A stretch of DNA of 64,000 nucleotides, taken from the NCBI GenBank assembly GCA_964510655.1, contig CAZEAY010000001.1, forward strand, positions 99,302-163,301, read 5' to 3'. Position numbers and translations under genes: made by a program. This document shows positions 57,397-64,000 of the stretch, piece by piece. The notes under the pieces are model-generated. The model made no database searches. It saw only the letters and a program-made list of their open reading frames with translations, and was not told the origin of the DNA. Source of the stretch: an uncultured Candidatus Saccharibacteria bacterium (GTDB lineage: Bacteria > Patescibacteriota > Minisyncoccia > Phycocordibacterales > XYD1-FULL-46-19). Positions within the stretch are counted from its first letter, which is position 1, and each line of letters opens with the position of its first letter.

Positions 57397-59445
57397 ATGG
57401 CTAATTTTTCGTTGCAATCAAAATTTTCTCCTAAAGGTGATCAGCCGGAATCTATTAAAAAATTGGTGGCTGGTGTGAATAAGGGTCTGAAACATCAGAC
57501 TCTCTTGGGTGTGACTGGCTCAGGAAAAACTTTTACGATGGCCAATGTGATTGCGCAAATTGATAAACCGACTTTGGTCATTGCTCACAATAAAACTTTA
57601 GCCGCTCAACTGGCTCAAGAATATAAAGATTTTTTTCCTAACAATGCGGTGCATTATTTTGTGTCTTATTACGATTACTACCAACCCGAAGCTTATATTT
57701 CTGCCACCGATACTTATATTGAAAAAGATGCGCAGATCAACGAAGAAATTGATCGTCTTCGTCATGCCAGTACTCAAGCCTTACTGACCAGGAAAGATGT
57801 GATTATTGTCGCCTCAGTTTCTTGCATCTATGGTTTGGGTAGTCCAGAGGATTATTTAAAAGAGCATTTAAAGTTGGCGGTGGGGGTAAAGATGACACGT
57901 ACAGAACTTCTGACCGAATTAGTAAATATTTTTTACGAACGTACTAATGCCGATTTAGAGCTCGGAACTTTTCGGGCAATCGGTAATTCGGTGGAAATTA
58001 TGCCACCAGGTGAAAAACAAATTTTTGATATTAAGCTATCTGGCGATCAAATTGAAGAAATAATTGAAATTGATCCGATTAGTCGAATGATTATTAAGAA
58101 ACATGACAATATTTTTCTTTTTCCGGCCAAACATTTTATTACCAATGAAGACGATCGTAAACGGGCGATGAAAGCGATTAAGACTGAGCTTGACGCTCGC
58201 TTAAAAACTTTAGAAGATCGCGGAATGCTGTTGGAGGCCGAACGTTTAAAAAGGCGGACAACTTATGATTTGGCCATGATTGAGGAGGTTGGTTATTGCA
58301 GTGGGATTGAAAATTATTCACGTCATCTTTCTGGCCGGCCAGCTGGTGAGGCGCCAGAAACTCTTTTATCGTATTTCCCGCATAAAGCTGACGGGACTCC
58401 CGATTTTTTGACGGTCATAGATGAATCGCATGTCACTATTCCCCAAATTGGTGGAATGTTTGCTGGAGACGAAAGTCGTAAGAAAAATTTAGTAGAATAT
58501 GGTTTTCGTTTGCCAAGTGCTTTGGATAATCGACCCTTGAAGTTTTATGAATTTGAAGAAAAGATTGGACAGGCTATTTATACCAGTGCGACACCGGGGG
58601 GTTATGAAAAAGAAAAATCAGAACAGGTGGTGGAGCAAATTATTCGTCCCACCGGTCTTGTTGATCCGGAATTGGAAATTAGACCAGTAGTGGAAACCCT
58701 AATCCCGAGGAATCGGGACGGGCAAGAAGGGAATTATCCTGGGCAGATTAAAGATTTTATCGCTGAGTCCCTTAAAGAAATAAAAAAAGGTAATCGGGTA
58801 ATTGCGACCACTCTAACTAAAAAAATGGCGGAGGATCTCTCTGTCTATTTAAAGGAGCAGGGGGTAAAAGCAGAATACTTGCATAGTGAAATAAAAACTA
58901 TGGAACGAATTAAAATTCTGACAGAATTTCGTCGCGGAACTTTTGATTGTTTAGTGGGAGTAAATCTATTACGCGAAGGTTTGGATTTACCCGAGCTTTC
59001 CTTTATTGGTATTTTAGACGCCGACAAAGAAGGATTTTTACGGTCCGAAGTTTCTTTGATTCAGACAATTGGTCGCGCCGCTCGCAATGTGAATGGGCGA
59101 GTGATTCTTTATGCTGATATGGTCACCGGGTCAATGCAGCGAGCAATTGAGGAGACTAATCGCCGGCGTAAAATTCAATTAGATTATAATAAGAAAAATA
59201 ATATTACTCCACAGACGATTGTGAAAGAAATTAGAGATATTACCAAAAGTCTGGAGTCTGATCGGGATCGGGCGATTCATGATATTTTAGCTATTGAATT
59301 ACAGACTACTGATTCTAAAAAAATTAATAAACTGATTAAGGACAAAAATAAACAAATGAGCTTGGCGGTTAAAGAGCTAGATTTTGAAACGGCTGCCATT
59401 TTGCGGGATGAGATAAAAGAATTAGAACGACGATTAATTAAATAA
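57397..59445 (+). CDS. uvrB: excinuclease ABC subunit B
   Basis: Helicase motifs GVTGSGKT, beta-hairpin region, DESH, QTIGRAARN, C-terminal UVR domain. Confidence 0.9.
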   Translation: MANFSLQSKFSPKGDQPESIKKLVAGVNKGLKHQTLLGVTGSGKTFTMANVIAQIDKPTLVIAHNKTLAAQLAQEYKDFFPNNAVHYFVSYYDYYQPEAYISATDTYIEKDAQINEEIDRLRHASTQALLTRKDVIIVASVSCIYGLGSPEDYLKEHLKLAVGVKMTRTELLTELVNIFYERTNADLELGTFRAIGNSVEIMPPGEKQIFDIKLSGDQIEEIIEIDPISRMIIKKHDNIFLFPAKHFITNEDDRKRAMKAIKTELDARLKTLEDRGMLLEAERLKRRTTYDLAMIEEVGYCSGIENYSRHLSGRPAGEAPETLLSYFPHKADGTPDFLTVIDESHVTIPQIGGMFAGDESRKKNLVEYGFRLPSALDNRPLKFYEFEEKIGQAIYTSATPGGYEKEKSEQVVEQIIRPTGLVDPELEIRPVVETLIPRNRDGQEGNYPGQIKDFIAESLKEIKKGNRVIATTLTKKMAEDLSVYLKEQGVKAEYLHSEIKTMERIKILTEFRRGTFDCLVGVNLLREGLDLPELSFIGILDADKEGFLRSEVSLIQTIGRAARNVNGRVILYADMVTGSMQRAIEETNRRRKIQLDYNKKNNITPQTIVKEIRDITKSLESDRDRAIHDILAIELQTTDSKKINKLIKDKNKQMSLAVKELDFETAAILRDEIKELERRLIK

Positions 59446-59452
59446 CTGAAAT

Positions 59453-60829
59453 ATGTACGATTTGTCATCGGAAGAGGATAAATTAAGAAAGACCAGAGAT
59501 CTGTCTGTTAAGGAGAGTGCCGCCACCGCGGTTATGAGTGGAGCGGCCGATTCATACGTTGCCCCCTTTGCTATCGAGTTGGGATCCAATAATTTTCAAA
59601 TCGGTTTACTTACTAGTTTAAATGCCCTAGTTAGTCCGATTATTCAGATTTTCGGCAGTCGTTTGATGGAAAAATTTAATCGTCGAACAATTGCTTTCAC
59701 TGCCATTGTATTGCAATCAACAGCCCTGTTGGGTTTTGTTTTGATTGGTCTAGCTTTCTTGTGGCAGCCCAGATTATTTTCTTGGCCAGTTATTTTTATT
59801 GTTGCTTATATTATTTATGGTCTATCGGGTTCGTTTGGTGGTCCGGCGTGGTTTTCGATGATTGGAGACGCGGTCCCAGAAAATATTCGGGGACGTTATT
59901 TTGCCCGTCGAAATCGAGTAGCAAATTATGTCAATATTGGAGTGACACTAACGGGGGCACTTTTTCTTTATTATCTTAAGGCTTCGGGCTATTTAATTGC
60001 TGGTTTTGTGACCCTTTTTGCGATCGCTAGTCTGGGACGTTTTTTAGCGGCCCTGCTTATTAAAAAGCATTATGCAGCTGATATTACCTTTGATAAAAGT
60101 TACTATTTTTCTTTTTGGCGGTTTATCCGTTTAGCGCCAACTAATAATTTTGGGAAATTTACAATTTATGTGGCCCTCACTAATCTCGCGGTAAACATTG
60201 CTAATCCATTTTTTGCGGTTTATATGTGGAAAAATTTAGCTCTTAATCCTGTTTGGTTTATGGCTGTTTCTATTTCGACCACATTCTATTCAGCTCTTTC
60301 TATGAAACCTTGGGGTAAATTTGCCGACAAATATGGTAATAAAGAATTGCTACGAATTAGTTGGATTTTGTTTGGTTTTGCTCCGCTTTTTTGGATTTTC
60401 TCTTCCCATCCGGTTTATTTAATTTTAGTTCCGCAGCTCTTGATGGGAGTAGGTTGGGCTGGTTTTGCTTTAGCTACCTCTAATTTTATTTATGACAATG
60501 TCACGTCTCCTCGTCGTGGTATCGTGGTGGCTTATTATAATTTAATTAATGGATTTGGGGTGTTTTTGGGGGCAACGGTAGGCGGGTTAATATCTCAATA
60601 TCTATCTCTCTCGTTTATAAATATTTTATTTGTTCTATTTATCTTATCGGCGGTGTTGCGGGTGCTTGTTTCGATATTGTTCTTGCCTAAACTTAAAGAG
60701 GTCAGAAATGAAATACTACCAGCTGAATCCAACCCTCTTAAGTATTTTACGAAGATAAATTACCTACCTGACTATATGGGGCTTTGGCTTAGTTATCACC
60801 GAAAAAATCATCAAAAGAAAAGGGAATAG
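59453..60829 (+). CDS. MFS-type transporter
   Basis: 12 predicted TM helices; inter-helix motif GDAVPENIRGRYFARRNR. Confidence 0.7.
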   Translation: MYDLSSEEDKLRKTRDLSVKESAATAVMSGAADSYVAPFAIELGSNNFQIGLLTSLNALVSPIIQIFGSRLMEKFNRRTIAFTAIVLQSTALLGFVLIGLAFLWQPRLFSWPVIFIVAYIIYGLSGSFGGPAWFSMIGDAVPENIRGRYFARRNRVANYVNIGVTLTGALFLYYLKASGYLIAGFVTLFAIASLGRFLAALLIKKHYAADITFDKSYYFSFWRFIRLAPTNNFGKFTIYVALTNLAVNIANPFFAVYMWKNLALNPVWFMAVSISTTFYSALSMKPWGKFADKYGNKELLRISWILFGFAPLFWIFSSHPVYLILVPQLLMGVGWAGFALATSNFIYDNVTSPRRGIVVAYYNLINGFGVFLGATVGGLISQYLSLSFINILFVLFILSAVLRVLVSILFLPKLKEVRNEILPAESNPLKYFTKINYLPDYMGLWLSYHRKNHQKKRE

Positions 60830-60900
60830 TCCTTGGAGTTTTACTCCTTTAAGTTATAATACGAGCTAGTTTGATCTGTTAGACAGTGGAGGTGTTTACT

Positions 60901-61035
60901 ATGAACATTTTTAAGTTCTTTGTGTCCATAAAGGCCTGGTGTGTACGAAAGTACTATCACTATGGCTGTAAGTTCGGCTTTTATCACTGTAAAATTGGTC
61001 GTTCGCCTAAGGCGAAATCTGAGGACTCATCGTGA
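60901..61035 (+). CDS. candidate 44-aa Cys/His/Tyr/Lys-rich peptide (not in the ORF track)
   Basis: MNIFKFFVSIKAWCVRKYYHYGCKFGFYHCKIGRSPKAKSEDSS; ggaggtg SD 8 nt upstream; the terminator hairpin overlaps the stop. Confidence 0.35.
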   Translation: MNIFKFFVSIKAWCVRKYYHYGCKFGFYHCKIGRSPKAKSEDSS

Positions 61036-61056
61036 GATGGGTCCTTTCTTTTTTAT
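61022..61056 (+). terminator. Rho-independent terminator
   Basis: ggactcatc-gtga-gatgggtcc followed by tttcttttttatt. Confidence 0.75.
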
Positions 61057-61131
61057 TGTAATTACTGTTGATTAATGATTTAATCATGGAAGAAATTTCA
61101 AATTCACACTTTGTCTGGGGGGGGGTGACTT

Positions 61132-61476
61132 ATGTCTGCAGCTTGGCCTATTGATCTCTTACGTCCTGAAGAGTATCAACGCCTTTTTGAGATCTTTCAG
61201 CCTGTCGGTGAATGCCCTGTTTGTCATGAGTCAGTTTTCCCGATTCCCATTTTGGAAAAGAGGGAGTTGCCGGCTACCGGTTGGGATGGGGTGGAAATGG
61301 AGGGTTGGCGTATGGTGGACGTCTACCCAGCTCCGTATCACGCCTGTCTTAGTTGCGGTGTTCTCTGTTTGCCAGCAGATAAACTGGAGGCACTAAGGGC
61401 TTTGCAGGTCGCCACCTCTTTTTACAATGAAAATCCCGAAAAGATTCCACCGCAGAATATTTCGGCATATCAGTAG
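61132..61476 (+). CDS. hypothetical zinc-ribbon protein (GC-rich, SD-bearing)
   Basis: G-rich SD ggggggggtga; CPVCHE...CLSCG. Confidence 0.45.
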   Translation: MSAAWPIDLLRPEEYQRLFEIFQPVGECPVCHESVFPIPILEKRELPATGWDGVEMEGWRMVDVYPAPYHACLSCGVLCLPADKLEALRALQVATSFYNENPEKIPPQNISAYQ

Positions 61477-61614
61477 GTGGCGGATCAGGGCTGACGGTTT
61501 ACCGTTAGCCCTTTCTTTTTGCTTAATTTTGTATTATAATTTGAGTTAAATAAATTCGTAGTTAACCCCTAGGGTAAAACCTTAGGGCGTTTCGTGGTCT
61601 ATTTAAATAACCTT

Positions 61615-64000
61615 ATGAACGAAAAAACTATAAAAATTAAGGGGGCACGAACCCATAATCTTAAAAATATCGATCTAGAAATACCACGTGACAAAATGGT
61701 GGTTATTACGGGTTTGTCTGGTTCAGGCAAATCATCTTTGGCGTTTGATACTATTTTTGCTGAGGGTCAGCGTCGCTATGTGGAATCGTTGTCAGCTTAT
61801 GCTCGGCAATTTTTAAAGCAAATGCAAAAGCCTGATGTGGATGAAATCACCGGTCTTTCACCGGCCATTTCTATTGATCAAAAATCGCGTTCCCAAAATC
61901 CTCGTTCGACCGTGGCGACTATTACCGAAATATATGATTATTTGCGCGTTTTGTATGCGCGGGTTGGACATCCATTTTGTCCGGTCTGTGGAACGGAAAT
62001 TAAAAAACTTTCTAATGAGGAAATTGTTAATTTTACTAAGGCAAAAATTGCGGAAATTGAAAAAAATCCGGAATCGTCTGGGAAGATAATTGAAATTTAT
62101 GCTCCGCTCGTGCGTGGGCGAAAAGGTGAGTACTATCAAATGCTTTATGATTTGCTTGATAAGGGTTACCGTGAAATCCTTTTGGATGGAGTACGAAAAA
62201 AACTACGTGAGCGGATTTTAATGGCCAAGACTACTAAGCATGATATTGATGTTTTAGTTGATGAGATTGGAGTCAAGGAACTTACTTTTAAAGTGGAAAA
62301 GGCTAAGAGTAAAATTGGTCAATCGGTGGGGAAGGCTCTTGGTGATTCCGCCAATGAACGTTTGTCAGAATCGATTGAGCGCGCCTTGGGTGAGTCAGAG
62401 GGTTTAGTCCGAATTAAAATTGGTAACAATAGTTTTTTAATGTCGTCTAAATTTGCTTGTCCAGTCGATGGTTTTTCTTTTCCGGAAATCGAACCTCGTT
62501 TGTTTTCTTTTAATTCTCCTTATGGTGCTTGTCCCACCTGTCATGGTTTGGGCACCAAACATTTGTTTAGTACTGACCCCTGTGAAGACTGTCAGGGGAA
62601 ACGTCTTAGGACCGAAGCCCTTCATGTAAGAATCGGCGCGTCGCCTTCGTCTCAGACTTCGGCGGACCAGGGTAAAAATATTGTGGAGATTGCTCATTTG
62701 TCGATTACTCAGGCTAATGAGTTTTTTGCCAAAATTAAAATGACGGCTAAGGAAAAAGAAATTGTCTCGGTTGTTTTGCGTGAGATCGAGGCTCGTTTAA
62801 AATTTTTACTCGATGTTGGTCTTGATTATATTGCCCTGGATCGTCGAGCCGACACTCTCTCGGGTGGCGAAGCCCAGCGGATTCGTTTGGCCTCTCAGCT
62901 TGGTTCTCGCTTGGTGGGAACTCTGTATGTGTTAGATGAACCGACGATTGGCTTGCATCAGCGTGACAACGATAAATTGATTAAGACCCTAGAAGATCTA
63001 CGTGATTTAGGCAACACAATTATTGTGGTAGAACACGACGAAGACACGATTTTGGCTTCGGATTTTTTGGTGGATATTGGGCCGGGGGCCGGAGTCCATG
63101 GTGGAAAGGTGGTTGTGTCCGATGAAACTCACAAACTTTTAACGGCCAAGAAAAATACTTTTAATTCTCTAACCGTTGATTATTTACGTGGTGAACGAGT
63201 GGTGGAGTTGCCGGAGAAGAGACGTTCTAATGATAAAGGAACACTGCGAGTTCGCGGTGGAAAAATATTTAATATTAAAGATTTGAATGTCGATATTCCT
63301 TTGGGGCGATTAGTGGCGGTGACTGGCGTGTCTGGTTCCGGAAAGTCTTCGTTGGTTTATGAAATATTGTATAAAAATTTACAGGGGCGGTTGGAACGTC
63401 GCTATCGGACAAATAAAATTGAAAATTGTAGTGAATTTACTGGAACAGAATATTTAAGTCGGGTGATTATGATTGATCAGTCCGCCATTGGTCGTACTCC
63501 GCGTTCAAACCCGGCGACCTATACGGGCGCTTGGACTTTTGTTCGCGATTTGTTTGCGTCTAGTGAAATGGCCCGGGTAAGAGGTTGGAAACCGTCACGT
63601 TTCTCTTTTAACGTGAAAGGGGGGCGATGTGAAGCTTGTCAGGGCAATGGGATGGTGGCGGTGGAAATGCACTTTTTACCGACCGTCTATGTGGAATGTG
63701 ATATTTGCCATGGTCTTCGTTTCCAAAAAGAAACATTGGAAGTGAAATATAAAAATAAAAATATTTCTGATGTGCTTAATATGACCATTGAAGAAGCTCT
63801 CGCTTTCTTTAAAGATATTCCCCAAATCAATGACCGACTTAAAACTTTGAATGAAGTTGGTTTAGGCTATTTACGTCTTGGTCAATCGGCCACTACCCTG
63901 TCTGGTGGGGAAGCTCAGCGGGTAAAAATTTCGTCTGAACTGTATCGTCCGCACATAGAAAAGAGTATTTATATTTTAGATGAACCAACTGTCGGTTTAC
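61615..64000 (+). CDS. uvrA: excinuclease ABC subunit A, 3'-partial (runs off the window); absent from the supplied ORF track
   Basis: [55 protein letters not shown]..., zinc fingers CPVCG and CPTCHG, second ABC module [12 protein letters not shown], signature LSGGEAQR seen twice; single frame open from 61615 to the end. Confidence 0.9.
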   Translation, partial: MNEKTIKIKGARTHNLKNIDLEIPRDKMVVITGLSGSGKSSLAFDTIFAEGQRRYVESLSAYARQFLKQMQKPDVDEITGLSPAISIDQKSRSQNPRSTVATITEIYDYLRVLYARVGHPFCPVCGTEIKKLSNEEIVNFTKAKIAEIEKNPESSGKIIEIYAPLVRGRKGEYYQMLYDLLDKGYREILLDGVRKKLRERILMAKTTKHDIDVLVDEIGVKELTFKVEKAKSKIGQSVGKALGDSANERLSESIERALGESEGLVRIKIGNNSFLMSSKFACPVDGFSFPEIEPRLFSFNSPYGACPTCHGLGTKHLFSTDPCEDCQGKRLRTEALHVRIGASPSSQTSADQGKNIVEIAHLSITQANEFFAKIKMTAKEKEIVSVVLREIEARLKFLLDVGLDYIALDRRADTLSGGEAQRIRLASQLGSRLVGTLYVLDEPTIGLHQRDNDKLIKTLEDLRDLGNTIIVVEHDEDTILASDFLVDIGPGAGVHGGKVVVSDETHKLLTAKKNTFNSLTVDYLRGERVVELPEKRRSNDKGTLRVRGGKIFNIKDLNVDIPLGRLVAVTGVSGSGKSSLVYEILYKNLQGRLERRYRTNKIENCSEFTGTEYLSRVIMIDQSAIGRTPRSNPATYTGAWTFVRDLFASSEMARVRGWKPSRFSFNVKGGRCEACQGNGMVAVEMHFLPTVYVECDICHGLRFQKETLEVKYKNKNISDVLNMTIEEALAFFKDIPQINDRLKTLNEVGLGYLRLGQSATTLSGGEAQRVKISSELYRPHIEKSIYILDEPTVGL

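Noticed and set aside
61835-62139. ORFs 61835-62089(+) and 61858-62139(-)
   Set aside because: They fall inside the uvrA reading frame, which the track omitted because it has no stop within the window.

Overview
This is an AT-rich, gene-dense bacterial chromosome segment that looks like a reduced-genome Patescibacteria/CPR-type organism. The pointers are a truncated IF-2 and a truncated DnaX, a tandem array of VirB2/TrbC-like 'T4SS pilin' paralogs, and native genes that mostly lack Shine-Dalgarno (SD) sequences. I call about 70 CDS. Housekeeping calls include infB-rbfA, cysteine desulfurase, Fe/Mn SOD, clpB, rpmG, miaA, parB, rel, topA, dprA, serS, an FtsQ-like gene, dus, dnaX, tgt, uvrB, uvrA (runs off the 3' end and is missing from the ORF track), a MacAB-like efflux operon and an ECF sigma factor. 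I also find seven tRNA genes: Leu-TAG, Lys-CTT, Leu-TAA, Cys-GCA, Tyr-GTA, Trp-CCA, Leu-CAA and Gln-TTG. The most interesting observations are these. (1) Three free-standing homing-endonuclease genes (one LAGLIDADG, two GIY-YIG) each sit directly beside a tRNA gene, and each of those tRNAs is accompanied by a partial duplication of itself. (2) A 181-bp GC-rich segment full of GNRA tetraloops lies immediately downstream of tRNA-Tyr and is bounded by a perfect 18-bp direct repeat of the tRNA 3' end; it looks like a miniature integrated element or a structured ncRNA. (3) A scattered set of GC-richer orphan ORFs all carry canonical AAGGAGG-type SD sequences, in contrast to the SD-less native genes. 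One such island is bracketed by ~85-bp direct repeats that duplicate the 3' end and terminator of the neighbouring gene. (4) Both tRNA-Leu genes share a long palindrome/terminator architecture built from the tRNA 3' end. (5) A membrane-anchored Clp-like ATPase with a degenerate D1 domain, and a three-domain L,D-transpeptidase/S11-like/CapA fusion. All product calls come from reading motifs in the translated sequence; no database search was possible.
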